Of a stretch of 64,000 bases of DNA, positions 8,170-17,979 are shown in pieces. The notes under the pieces were generated by a model, which was not told the DNA's origin, ran no database searches, and saw only the letters and a program-made list of their open reading frames with translations. The stretch covers positions 64,001 through 128,000 of the forward strand of contig CAWGBN010000005.1 in the NCBI GenBank assembly GCA_963820825.1, given 5' to 3'. The translations under genes were made by a program, and so were the position numbers. Numbering within the stretch: the stretch's first letter is position 1; each line of letters starts with the position of its first letter. Source of the DNA: Vulcanimicrobiota bacterium. GTDB lineage: Bacteria; Vulcanimicrobiota; Vulcanimicrobiia; Vulcanimicrobiales; Vulcanimicrobiaceae.

Positions 8170-11100
8170 CCGAATGCATCCAGCGCGCCTTCGCGCACGC
8201 CTTGCGGGGCGAAGATGCGCTCGAGCTCGTCGCGAATCCGCGCATCGCCGGCGATGGCGCGTGCCACGCGCTGCGAGCGGCCGCTCACGTGCATAACGAC
8301 GGGAACCTCGCCCGGCCACTCGTCGATGAGCCGCGCGAGGCGGTCGATCTGGTCCCGATGGGTGACGTCGACGTGCCATCCGCGAACGGCACCGCCGACC
8401 GCGACCGGCGCCGGCGGTACGAAGGTGGCGACCTCGTTGGCCGCAACGGAGAGTTCGACCCGCGGCTCTTCACCCGCGGGCCCGGGACGTTCCCGCAGCC
8501 GCAGCCGCCCCTTGACGATCAGGATCGCATCGGGCGTAAAGAGGTGGTGCAGCTGCGGATAGCTTTTGGCGAAGAGCACGACGTCGCAGACGCCGGTCAT
8601 ATCTTCGAGTTGCGCGACGAGAATTTGCTGGCCGCTCTTGGTGAGCGAACGCCGCACGCCGGTCACCGTACCGGCAATGGTCACCGCCGCGTCGTCCTGC
8701 ACCTCGCGCAGTTCCTTGATCGGCATCGCGCCGGAGCGCGCCAACTGCGGTGCGAGTTCGGCGAGCGGGTGACCCGAAACGAAGATCCCCAAGGTCTCGC
8801 GCTCCCAAGAGAGCATCTCGCGGGTCGTCGGTGCGGCCACGCTCGGCAGTTTCGGGACGAGCGCGGGCGCTTGCGTCGCCGCCTCCCCGAAGAGCGAAAC
8901 CTGTCCGAGCTCGGCGTCGCGCGTCGTCCGTGCTGCAAGCTCGAGCGCGGTGTCGAGCGCGGCCAGTTTCTGTGCGCGATTTCCGGGAATGCCGTCGAGC
9001 GCTCCGCACTTAATCAGCGCCTCGAAGACGCGGCGGTTGACCTGTTTTGCGTCGACGCGCTGTGCGAAATCGAAGAGATCGACGAAACGCCCATCGCGCA
9101 CCCGCGTCTCGATGATCGCGCGCACGGCGCCCTCGCCGACCCCCTTGATTGCGGCCAGTCCGAAACGAATCGCTTCCCCAACAACCGCGAAGTCGGTGAG
9201 CGACTCGTTGACGTCGGGAGGAAGAACCTCGATGCCGATGTGCTTCGCCTCTTCGATGTACTCGACGAGCTTCTCGGTCTTATCTTTGACCGAGGTCATG
9301 AGCGCGGCGAGATAGGGAAGCGGATACTTCGCCTTGAGATACGCGGTCTGATAGGCGATCCAGGCGTACGCGACGGCGTGCGCTTTGTTGAAGCCGTACC
9401 CCGCGAAGGGCTCGATATAGTCAAAGAGCCGTTCGGCTAGCGCGCGGTCGATTCCCGATCGATCGAGCGCGCCCGCGACGAACTTCTCTTGATAATACGG
9501 AATCTTCTCCTTCTGCTTCTTGCTCATGACTTTGCGCAGCTCGTCGGCTTCGCCCATCGAGAATCCGGCGAGCTCGCGCGCCATCTGCATGACCTGCTCC
9601 TGATAAATCGGGATCCCGTAGGTCTCGGTCAGAATCGGTTCGAGCTTCGGATGCAGGTATTGGCGTTTCGAGCGGCCGTGTTTGTTGGCGATGTACTGCG
9701 GAATCAGTTCCATCGGCCCTGGACGGAAGAGGGCGACCAGCGCGACGACATCCTCAAAGCGCGACGGCTGCAGCTCCGCGCATACGCGCTTCATCCCTTC
9801 CGATTCCAGCTGAAAGACGCCCATCGTCTCGCCGCGTGCCAGCATCGCGTACGTCGGCGCGTCGTCGTAGGGAATCCGCGTCAGATCGAACTCCGAATCG
9901 ACCGTCCGCCGAATCTCCGCTACCGCGTTCTCCATGACGGTAAGGTTGCGCAGTCCGAGAAAGTCCATCTTGAGCAGACCGATGCGCTCGATCCAATCCA
10001 TGTCGTACTGCGTGTTCACGCCGCCGTCGCCGAACCGGACGAGCGGCGTATAATCGGTCAGCGGACCCGCCGAGATTACCACGCCCGCAGCGTGCGTGCC
10101 GGCGTTGCGTGCCAGCCCCTCGATCTCTTTGGCGGTATCGAGCAGTTTGCGAATTTCCGGTTGCGTTGCGTAGATCGACTTGAGCTCGGGAATCCTTTCG
10201 ACGGCATCTGCGATCGAGAGGCCGCCCGGTCCGGAGGGGACGAGTTTGGCGACGCGATCGACTTCCGGCAACGGTACTCCGAGCGCACGGCCGGCATCGC
10301 GGATCGCCGCGCGCGCGGCCATCGTTCCGAAGGTGACGATCTGCGCGACGCGGTCCGCGCCGTACTTTTGCGTTACGTATGCAATGACTTCGTCGCGCCG
10401 TTCGACGCAGAAGTCGGTGTCGATGTCCGGCATCGAGATCCGGTCGGGATTCAGGAACCGCTCGAAGAGCAGGTCGAAGCGGAGCGGATCGAGGTCGGTG
10501 ATCTTCAAGCAGTAGGCGACCACCGAGCCGACCGCGGAGCCGCGACCGGGACCGACCGGGATCCCCCGGTCGCGGGCGTACTTCACGAAGTCCCAGACGA
10601 TCAGAAAATAGGATGAAAAGCCCATCTTGGTGATGACGTCGAGCTCGTAATCGAGCCGTTCGCGCAGCGTCGCGTCGTTTCGAGCGCGTTCTTCACCATA
10701 GCGATCGCGAAGCCCGAGTTCGCAGAGCTCTCGCAGGTACTCGGCGTCGGTGCGCTCGGCATTCGATTCGTCGCGCGGTACCGCGTACTGCGGCAAGTGG
10801 AAGATCTTCTCCGGAATTCGGATGTCGATGCGCTCGGCAATGCGCGCGGTGTTCTCCACCGCCTCGGGGAGGTCGCTCCACAGATCGCCCATCTCGGCCG
10901 GCGATTTCAGATAGAACTGATCCGAATAGAACTTCATTCGGTTCGTATCCGAGACCGTCTTTCCGGTGCCGATACAGAGCAGAACGTCGTGTGCCCCCGC
11001 GTCCTTCTGTTCGAGATAATGGGCATCGTTGGTCGCTACGATCGGCACGTCGAGCTCGCGCGCAATTTGAACGAGACCGCCGTTGATCGCGTCTTGCTCG

Positions 11101-11630
11101 GGCATGCCGTGACGCATGACCTCGATGTAGAAACGATCCCCGAAGATCTCGACGTACGTCTTGGCGTTGCGTAACGCCGTTGCGTAGTCGCCCGAGAGCA
11201 GCGGCGCTGCGACCAGTCCCGACATGCAGCCCGAGAGCGCGATCAAGCCATCGTGGTGCTTCGCGAGCAGATCGAGATCGATCCGCGGTTTGTAGTAGTA
11301 GCCCTCGAGGAACCCCTTGGAGACCAGCGCGATGAGGTTGCGGTACCCGACGAGATCCGCGGCCAGGAGCGTGAGGTGCGCCTCGTCGCGCACGCTGCGG
11401 TCGAAGCGTCCACGCGGCGCAAGGTAGGCTTCGCATCCCAGAATCGGCGTGAGCTTGAGCTCTCGCGCCGCGTAGTAAAACTCCATCGCGCCGTACATCA
11501 CGCCATGGTCCGTCAACGCCACGGCCGACGCGCCGAGCTCGGCCGCTCCCCGGCAGAGCCGGTCGATTCGGCAAGCGCCGTCGAGTAACGAGTACTCCGA
11601 GTGGACGTGGAGATGTACGAACTGACTCAC
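8166..11630 (-). CDS. dnaE: DNA polymerase III alpha subunit
   Basis: HLHVHSEYSLLDG PHP domain, GPGRGSAVGS, MPDIDTDF, YGFNKAH, C-terminal OB fold; 1154 aa. Confidence 0.98.
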   Translation of the reverse strand: MSQFVHLHVHSEYSLLDGACRIDRLCRGAAELGASAVALTDHGVMYGAMEFYYAARELKLTPILGCEAYLAPRGRFDRSVRDEAHLTLLAADLVGYRNLIALVSKGFLEGYYYKPRIDLDLLAKHHDGLIALSGCMSGLVAAPLLSGDYATALRNAKTYVEIFGDRFYIEVMRHGMPEQDAINGGLVQIARELDVPIVATNDAHYLEQKDAGAHDVLLCIGTGKTVSDTNRMKFYSDQFYLKSPAEMGDLWSDLPEAVENTARIAERIDIRIPEKIFHLPQYAVPRDESNAERTDAEYLRELCELGLRDRYGEERARNDATLRERLDYELDVITKMGFSSYFLIVWDFVKYARDRGIPVGPGRGSAVGSVVAYCLKITDLDPLRFDLLFERFLNPDRISMPDIDTDFCVERRDEVIAYVTQKYGADRVAQIVTFGTMAARAAIRDAGRALGVPLPEVDRVAKLVPSGPGGLSIADAVERIPELKSIYATQPEIRKLLDTAKEIEGLARNAGTHAAGVVISAGPLTDYTPLVRFGDGGVNTQYDMDWIERIGLLKMDFLGLRNLTVMENAVAEIRRTVDSEFDLTRIPYDDAPTYAMLARGETMGVFQLESEGMKRVCAELQPSRFEDVVALVALFRPGPMELIPQYIANKHGRSKRQYLHPKLEPILTETYGIPIYQEQVMQMARELAGFSMGEADELRKVMSKKQKEKIPYYQEKFVAGALDRSGIDRALAERLFDYIEPFAGYGFNKAHAVAYAWIAYQTAYLKAKYPLPYLAALMTSVKDKTEKLVEYIEEAKHIGIEVLPPDVNESLTDFAVVGEAIRFGLAAIKGVGEGAVRAIIETRVRDGRFVDLFDFAQRVDAKQVNRRVFEALIKCGALDGIPGNRAQKLAALDTALELAARTTRDAELGQVSLFGEAATQAPALVPKLPSVAAPTTREMLSWERETLGIFVSGHPLAELAPQLARSGAMPIKELREVQDDAAVTIAGTVTGVRRSLTKSGQQILVAQLEDMTGVCDVVLFAKSYPQLHHLFTPDAILIVKGRLRLRERPGPAGEEPRVELSVAANEVATFVPPAPVAVGGAVRGWHVDVTHRDQIDRLARLIDEWPGEVPVVMHVSGRSQRVARAIAGDARIRDELERIFAPQGVREGALDAFG

Positions 11631-11682
11631 GAGTAAGGCAACCTAACTCACGAGCGGTTCGACTGGGAGGACACGTGGACGT

Positions 11683-12084
11683 TTACCCTAAGCGACGCGG
11701 GCGACCCTTGTGCGCTTGGACGGAGAGCTCCCAGCGATAGCCGTCGGGATCGCGAAACCAGATCCCCATATTCGGCGATTCGGGAGCCTCGGGGCCGATC
11801 TCGTTCCCGGGATCTTCGACCGCGACCCGATGCTTCTTCAGAATGGCGAGCGCGCCGCGAAGCCGGCGCATATCCGGCAGATGAAACGAGAGGTGCTCGA
11901 TCGTCTTGGGATGCGGCACGCCCTTCATGAGCACGATCGTAACGTTTGCGTTCGTCAGCCCGATATATCGGTCGCCCGCGAACATCGTCTCCAGATCGAA
12001 GATCTTCTTCCACCATCGGGCACTCTTGCGTGGATCGCGCACCGCTAAGCCGAAGTGACCGACCGTCCCGAGCGCGATTCTCAT
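11683..12084 (-). CDS. VOC/glyoxalase family protein
   Basis: GHFGLAVRD, EHLSF and FRDPDGYRWEL motifs. Confidence 0.85.
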   Translation of the reverse strand: MRIALGTVGHFGLAVRDPRKSARWWKKIFDLETMFAGDRYIGLTNANVTIVLMKGVPHPKTIEHLSFHLPDMRRLRGALAILKKHRVAVEDPGNEIGPEAPESPNMGIWFRDPDGYRWELSVQAHKGRPRRLG

Positions 12085-13256
12085 TGCGCCGAAATTGCGT
12101 TGGCGGCGCGCAGCATCTCCATCACACGGTCGACCGGAAGGGCGTAGACGGTCGCACCGCCGCGACCGGTCATCGTCTTCGCTTCGAAGAGCGCATCGTA
12201 GATCGCCGCCTGCGTCGCCTCGGCGGTTGCCGAGTAGAGCGCGTCGAGGGCGTCGTCGTCCTCGACAATCGGCTCCTTCGGCGACGCGACCGTAAAGTCG
12301 GCGACCCGCTCGAAGACCCGCGTCGTCGAGAAGGCGACGATCAGATCGCCGCTACCGGTCGACGAGGTCAGTCCGGTTCGCGCCATTCCCATGGCGGCCC
12401 GCAGGGTGAGGGCACGGAGCTGCCGGCTATCGAGCGGCGCGTCCGTCGCGATCACGATGATGATGCTCCCCTCCCCGAGCCGGCCTTTGAGTGCGACTTT
12501 GTTTGGAAAGACGGGGCGGTACTCGGCCTGAAGGCGTTGCCCCACGGGCACCCCGAGGATCGTCAGCTGCCGCCGGCGGCTGCCGGTGTTATCGTTGACA
12601 AGGACCCCGACGCGATACCCTCCGCCGTCGCTCGGGAGGACGCGTGAGGCCGAACCGATGCCCGCGCGGAAGCCGAACGCGTTCATGCCCGTGCCGGCAC
12701 CGACGCTCCCCCGGGCAAAATCCCCCGGCGCCGCCGCATCGAGCAGTCGCACGACGTCGGACGCGGTTACCGCTCGCGCCTGGATGTCGTTGAGCAAACC
12801 ATCGTCGCACTCGCCCACGACCGGCAGCGGCACGTCGTCACCGCGCCCGACCGCCGGATGGTGATCGATTACCCAGCTCACGACGCCGTCTGCGGCGCGT
12901 CCAACGTCGAGCGTATCGGTGAGAACGACCGGTTCCTCGAGATATCCCGACTCGTCGATCCAATGCGTCCCGGTCAGCTCCCCATTGCCGTTGAAGGCAA
13001 AGAAGGCGGCCGAAACCTTGTGATCCCACGGATCGGCGTTCGGCAGCACGGCAGTCGCTCCGGTACGAATGTCGCTTCCTTCGACTTTCGTCATATTCGA
13101 GACACGCACGCCCGCCACGTCGGTGATCGCATCGAGGGGTCCGGTCGCGAAAAACCCGAAATGGAAAGGTAAGGCGGCACGGGCTCCAACCACCGCCGCC
13201 AGCATAACCGCGGCAAAGCTCGGGAAAATAAGCATCCAGCGCATACCGCTTTGCAT
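12081..13256 (-). CDS. Secreted P1/S58 family peptidase (DmpA-like)
   Basis: AITDVAGVRV, NGNGELTG, LPVVGECDDG, GSVGAGTGM and GSGD motifs; signal peptide. Start is 13256 or 13244. Confidence 0.88.
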   Translation of the reverse strand: MQSGMRWMLIFPSFAAVMLAAVVGARAALPFHFGFFATGPLDAITDVAGVRVSNMTKVEGSDIRTGATAVLPNADPWDHKVSAAFFAFNGNGELTGTHWIDESGYLEEPVVLTDTLDVGRAADGVVSWVIDHHPAVGRGDDVPLPVVGECDDGLLNDIQARAVTASDVVRLLDAAAPGDFARGSVGAGTGMNAFGFRAGIGSASRVLPSDGGGYRVGVLVNDNTGSRRRQLTILGVPVGQRLQAEYRPVFPNKVALKGRLGEGSIIIVIATDAPLDSRQLRALTLRAAMGMARTGLTSSTGSGDLIVAFSTTRVFERVADFTVASPKEPIVEDDDALDALYSATAEATQAAIYDALFEAKTMTGRGGATVYALPVDRVMEMLRAANAISAQ

Positions 13257-13344
13257 TGGACGCGCTCGCCTCAGACCGCCTGCAGGCGCGCCCGTCGAGC
13301 GCGGGAAAGCATGAAATGAGCACTGTTGTAAGAGGAGGCGCGGT

Positions 13345-14919
13345 ATTCTTTCGGTTCCTGAAAAACTCAAGGTCGTCAAACTCTGGGAGAACCTATCGGG
13401 CCCGTCGCTGATCGAGCACGCGATCGCTCGAGGTGAGGGCGTGCTGGGTACCGGCGGCCAGCTCATCGTCGATACCCGGCCGCATACGGGACGCTCGCCG
13501 AAGGACAAGTTCTTCGTTCGCGAGCCTTCCAGCGAGCAACTCATCGACTGGAGCGAATCGAATCAAGCGATCGACCCCGAGCGTTTCGACGCACTCTGGG
13601 AACGGATCGCGGCCTACCTCTCCGAACGTGAAGCCTACAGCCTCGACTGTTACGTCGGCGCGGACGAGCGGTATCGGGTTCCGCTGCGCGTCTACACCGA
13701 GCTCGCCTGGCACAACCTCTTTGCACGGCATCTCTTCATCACTCCGGAGCGGCCGGACCCCGACTTCGTTCCGGAGTTTACGGTCGTCGATGCCGCCCTC
13801 TTCTCGGCGGATCCCGCTCGAGACGGGACGCGGACCGGAACGTTCATTCTCGTCAACTTCGCGCGGCGCGTCATTCTCATCGGCGGCTCGCGCTACGCGG
13901 GCGAGATCAAGAAATCGGTCTTCACCGTGATGAACTATCTCCTGCCGCTGCGCGAGACGCTGCCGATGCACTGCTCGGCGAACGTCGGCGGAAGCGGCGA
14001 CGTCGCAGTGCTCTTCGGTCTCTCCGGTACCGGCAAGACGACGCTCTCCTCCGATTCGCGCCGTCCCCTCATCGGCGACGACGAACACGGCTGGTCGGCA
14101 GACGGCGTCTTCAATTTCGAAGGCGGCTGCTATGCCAAGGTGATCCGCCTCTCGCCGACCGCCGAACCGGAGATCTGGGCGGCGACGCACCGCTTCTCTA
14201 CCGTTCTCGAAAACGTCGTCTACGACGAGCAGACGCGCGGCCTCGACGTCGATTCCGACGAAAAGACCGAGAACACGCGCGCCGCCTATCCGTTGGAGTT
14301 CATCCCGAACATCGTCCCGACGAGCCAAGCCGGCCATCCGCGGACGATCGTCATGTTGACCGCCGATGCCTTCGGCGTACTTCCTCCGATCGCCAAGCTC
14401 TCGCGCGATCAGGCGATGTACCACTTCCTCTCCGGATACACCGCCAAGGTCGCCGGCACCGAACGAGGGATCAGCGAACCGCAAGCAACGTTTTCAACCT
14501 GCTTCGGCGCGCCGTTCATGGTGCACCATCCAACCGTCTACGCGCGTCTATTGGGACGCAAGATCGACGAACACGAAGTCGAGTGCTGGCTGGTCAATAC
14601 CGGTTGGACCGGCGGTCCGTACGGCGTCGGTCATCGGATGTCGATCGCGCATACGCGCGCGATGGTAAATGCGGCAATCGAAGGTCGAATCGCCGACGAC
14701 TTCGCACAAGAGCCGTTCTTCGGTCTCATGGTCCCCAAGCACGTTCCGGAGGTTCCCGATCACGTGCTCGACGCGCGCAGCGCGTGGGCCGATACCGCCG
14801 CATACGACGAGCAAGCGCGCAAGCTCGCTCAACTCTTCTTCGATAACTTCAAGCGATTCGAGGAGCACGTCTCGCCATCGATTAAGGCGGTCGCGATCAG
14901 GCCGCTTGCTAGGTCCTAA
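13345..14919 (+). CDS. pckA: Phosphoenolpyruvate carboxykinase (ATP)
   Basis: TGRSPKDKF, YAGEIKKS, GLSGTGKTTLS, GDDEHGW and ENTRAAYP. Homology extends 5' of the track start (NLSGPSLIEHAIARGEG); probable ATT start at 13345. Confidence 0.95.
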   Translation: MLSVPEKLKVVKLWENLSGPSLIEHAIARGEGVLGTGGQLIVDTRPHTGRSPKDKFFVREPSSEQLIDWSESNQAIDPERFDALWERIAAYLSEREAYSLDCYVGADERYRVPLRVYTELAWHNLFARHLFITPERPDPDFVPEFTVVDAALFSADPARDGTRTGTFILVNFARRVILIGGSRYAGEIKKSVFTVMNYLLPLRETLPMHCSANVGGSGDVAVLFGLSGTGKTTLSSDSRRPLIGDDEHGWSADGVFNFEGGCYAKVIRLSPTAEPEIWAATHRFSTVLENVVYDEQTRGLDVDSDEKTENTRAAYPLEFIPNIVPTSQAGHPRTIVMLTADAFGVLPPIAKLSRDQAMYHFLSGYTAKVAGTERGISEPQATFSTCFGAPFMVHHPTVYARLLGRKIDEHEVECWLVNTGWTGGPYGVGHRMSIAHTRAMVNAAIEGRIADDFAQEPFFGLMVPKHVPEVPDHVLDARSAWADTAAYDEQARKLAQLFFDNFKRFEEHVSPSIKAVAIRPLARS

Positions 14920-14965
14920 TCCGGCGTTCAGGCGCCCTCCGGCCGAACGGGCTACTATCGGAGCC

Positions 14966-15502
14966 ATGAAGATCAACCTCCTGGCCGCGGGCGCCTTCGC
15001 TGCTATGCTTGCGCTGCCGCTTGGCGCCTACGCACAGCAGGACCAGGCACCGGCTTCCCGCGCGGGCCACGCCACCACGACCCCCAACCAAGCGCGAATC
15101 CAAAACCATTGGGCAAAGCGCTTCGGTCAACTCAATCTTTCGAGCGATCAGCAGCAACGAATCCAATCGCTCATCAACCAGTTCTCGCAGGCGCACCCGG
15201 AAGGGAGTCCCCGCGATCGCGGCGCGAGCCGAGAGTTACGGCACCAGATCATGGGCGTTCTAACCGACGATCAGCGCAATCAATATCATCAAGAGATGCG
15301 CGCGCGCCGTGCGCAGATGCATCAGCAGGGTCAGTATCAGGGTCAGCAGGGTCCGGGCGATCAGCAAGGTCCTAACGGCCAGCAAGGACCCGGCTATCAA
15401 CAGGGGCCTCAAGACCAAGGGCCGCCTCCGAACCAGGGGCCGAATCAAGGCCCTCCCGATCAGCAGCCGCCGCAGAACGAATCCGGCCCGCCGCCGGCGT
15501 AA
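14966..15502 (+). CDS. Secreted Gln/Pro-rich protein, Spy/CpxP-like
   Basis: Signal peptide (AYA-Q), LNLSSDQQ and VLTDDQR (LTxxQ-like) motifs, QQGP-repeat tail. Confidence 0.7.
   Translation: MKINLLAAGAFAAMLALPLGAYAQQDQAPASRAGHATTTPNQARIQNHWAKRFGQLNLSSDQQQRIQSLINQFSQAHPEGSPRDRGASRELRHQIMGVLTDDQRNQYHQEMRARRAQMHQQGQYQGQQGPGDQQGPNGQQGPGYQQGPQDQGPPPNQGPNQGPPDQQPPQNESGPPPA
15344..15480 (+). repeat. Degenerate coding tandem repeat (18-nt period, QQGPxx)
   Basis: cagcagggtccgggcgat/cagcaaggtcctaacggc/cagcaaggacccggctat/caacaggggcctcaagac followed by QGP variants. Confidence 0.7.
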
Positions 15503-15559
15503 TCCAAAGCAACAGACCGTAACCTGGGTAACGGCGCGCAACCGACCGAAAGAGTCGCG

Positions 15560-16735
15560 ATGCGCGCCGCGATTCTCTCTCTCGCTCTGCTCGCTAGCGC
15601 GTGCGCGGCGGCACCCGCTGCGCCGCTGCACGTTCCGCCGGGCTTCATCATCGAACGCATTGCAACCGTCGGCGGCGCGCGCGAGCTCTCCGCACTCCCA
15701 AACGGCGACCTGCTCGTCGGCACCAAAGGGCGCGATCTCTATCTCGTGCCCGACGCGGAAGGCACCGCAGGTACGCCGCGAGTTTTCACGACGTTCGACG
15801 ACGATCGCGCATCGGGCGTAACGTACGCGCCAGCGTTGCACGAGATCTTCGCCGCGACGATGCATCACGTTTGGGCGATTCCCTACGGCGGCGAGCGCGA
15901 GGCACCGCACGCCGTGCCGATTGCCGACGTGCGCGCGGGACCGGTTGCGCCGGGTACCGACGGCGACGTTCATACCACGACCTCGGTAGTGTACGCCGGC
16001 GGTCTCGTCTACGTCGGCGCCGGCTCTTCATGCAACGCGACGATGGCCGGCGATCGTCCCTGCGTCGAAGTGGACGCAACGCGCGCCGCGGTTTCGGTGA
16101 TGAAACCCGACGGCTCCGGTTTCGTGCAGCGAGCGCGGCGGATACGCAACCCCATCGCCCTCGCGGTCAATCCACAGACGGGTTCGGTCTGGGTCGGCGA
16201 CGCAGGCCAAGACGATCTGCCGCAGGGTCACCCGTACGAGTTTCTCGACGATCTCAGCGTCCATCCGGGCGTCGCCGACTACGGCTGGCCGCAATGCGAG
16301 GAGAATCGGCATCCCTACGTCTCGGGTGCGACGTGTGCCGGTACCGTCGAACCGCTCGTCGAGCTGCCGGCATATTCGACGATTATCGCGGCGGCGTTCT
16401 ATCCCGCACGCCAGGGTGGCCGCGATGCGTTCCCCAACCCGTATCGCGGTGGTCTCTTCGTCAGCGCACACGGATCGTGGCACGAAAACGGCAGCGGCTG
16501 CAACGCCGCACCGTCGCGCGTGGTATTCGTTGCGATGAACGGCGACCAGCCCGCCAAGAGCGTCGACTGGTCGAATCCGACGACGCAGTGGAGCGACTTC
16601 GTCACCGGCTTCCAGAGCGGTTGCACCGCGCGGGCCGGCCGGCCGGCGGGCATTGCCGTCGGACTACAGGGCTCGCTCTTCATCGCCGACGACGCGAGCG
16701 GTTCGATTTATCGGGTTCGTCCGGCGCGTGACTGA
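15560..16735 (+). CDS. PQQ-dependent glucose/sorbosone dehydrogenase family protein (exported)
   Basis: Signal or lipoprotein peptide, RNPIALA, DYGWP, HGSW and GRPAGIAVG...LFIADD...IYRV motifs. Confidence 0.8.
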   Translation: MRAAILSLALLASACAAAPAAPLHVPPGFIIERIATVGGARELSALPNGDLLVGTKGRDLYLVPDAEGTAGTPRVFTTFDDDRASGVTYAPALHEIFAATMHHVWAIPYGGEREAPHAVPIADVRAGPVAPGTDGDVHTTTSVVYAGGLVYVGAGSSCNATMAGDRPCVEVDATRAAVSVMKPDGSGFVQRARRIRNPIALAVNPQTGSVWVGDAGQDDLPQGHPYEFLDDLSVHPGVADYGWPQCEENRHPYVSGATCAGTVEPLVELPAYSTIIAAAFYPARQGGRDAFPNPYRGGLFVSAHGSWHENGSGCNAAPSRVVFVAMNGDQPAKSVDWSNPTTQWSDFVTGFQSGCTARAGRPAGIAVGLQGSLFIADDASGSIYRVRPARD

Positions 16736-17969
16736 GACGCTCGCGATCCTCGTCGGCGGCGGTCCGGCACCCGGCATCAACGGCATCATCGCCTCCGCTG
16801 CGATGGAGGCGTTCAAATGCGGATTGCGCCCGATCGGAATTTATGACGGCTACCGCGACCTGGTCGCGGGAGGCTCGCCGCAGACGCTCGAGCTCACCTT
16901 CGACGAAGTCTCGCGCATCCACACCAGCGGCGGGTCGATCCTGCGAACGTCGCGGACGAATCCCGCCAAAGACGAAGCGACGCTCGAACGCTGCCTCGCC
17001 TCGCTCGATCGGCTCGGCCTGCGATATCTGATCTGCATCGGCGGCGACGATACGACCTACGGAGCGGCTCGCATCGCCGAGCGAGCCGGTGCGAGGCTCG
17101 GCGTCGCAACGGTCCCCAAGACGATCGACAACGACCTGCCGCTGCCGGAGAACGCACCGACCTTCGGCTTCGAAACCGCGCGCTCGGTCGGCGCGGGCAT
17201 TCTCGAAAGCTTGATGGAGGATGCGCGCACGACCGCGCGCTGGTACGTCGTCGTCTGCATGGGACGCAAGTCGGGTTCGCTCGCGTTGGGCATGTGCAAG
17301 GCCGCGGGGTCGACGCTCGCCGTTCTTCCCGAAGAGTTTCCTGAAAAAGCAACGCTTGGCGCAGTCCGCGATACGATCGTCGGTGCGATCGTAAAACGCC
17401 GCGCGCTTGGGCGACGGCACGGCGTTGCGGTCGTCGCCGAGGGAGTCGCCGAGAAGATTTGGGACGACGTCTTCAGCGCAAACGAGAATCTCGGACGCGA
17501 TTCCTTCGGCAACGTGCGCCTCGCAGACATCCCGTTAGGCGTGATCCTGCGCGACGCCGTGCGTGCGCGTCTCGGCGCGATTGGCGTCGACTCCGTGGTT
17601 CACGCAAAGGACATCGGCTACGAGCTGCGCTGCGCGAAGCCCGTGCCGTTCGACGTCGATTATACGCGGACGCTCGGCTACGGCGCCGTCCGGTATCTCG
17701 TCGACGGCGGGAGCGGCGCGTTGATCGCGCTCGAAGGCGGGCGCGTCCGCCCGCTCGCACTCGACGATCTGCTCGACCCGGCGACCGGGCGCATTCGCAC
17801 GCGCCAAGTCGACCTTACGACCGAAGGCTATCGCGTCGCGCGCGACTATATGGTCTATCTCGAGCCGGCGGATTTCACCGGCATCACGCAGCTCGCCGCG
17901 CTGGCGGCGCAGACAAACCTCGACGCGCGAGCCTTTCGCACCGAGTTCGAGTACGTCGCGCTCCCCTAA
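16728..17969 (+). CDS. pfp: Pyrophosphate-dependent phosphofructokinase
   Basis: GGGPAPGIN, GGDDT and PKTIDND (Asp/Lys pair typical of PPi specificity), MGR, GYELR. Confidence 0.9.
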   Translation: MTETLAILVGGGPAPGINGIIASAAMEAFKCGLRPIGIYDGYRDLVAGGSPQTLELTFDEVSRIHTSGGSILRTSRTNPAKDEATLERCLASLDRLGLRYLICIGGDDTTYGAARIAERAGARLGVATVPKTIDNDLPLPENAPTFGFETARSVGAGILESLMEDARTTARWYVVVCMGRKSGSLALGMCKAAGSTLAVLPEEFPEKATLGAVRDTIVGAIVKRRALGRRHGVAVVAEGVAEKIWDDVFSANENLGRDSFGNVRLADIPLGVILRDAVRARLGAIGVDSVVHAKDIGYELRCAKPVPFDVDYTRTLGYGAVRYLVDGGSGALIALEGGRVRPLALDDLLDPATGRIRTRQVDLTTEGYRVARDYMVYLEPADFTGITQLAALAAQTNLDARAFRTEFEYVALP

Positions 17970-17979
17970 AGAAACCGGC

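Noticed and set aside
8166..11630. Intein in DnaE
   Set aside because: Normal length, continuous motifs, and no C...HN splice signatures.
15344..15480. CRISPR array or non-coding repeat
   Set aside because: The repeats are degenerate at third codon positions and in frame; no spacer structure and no cas genes in the window.
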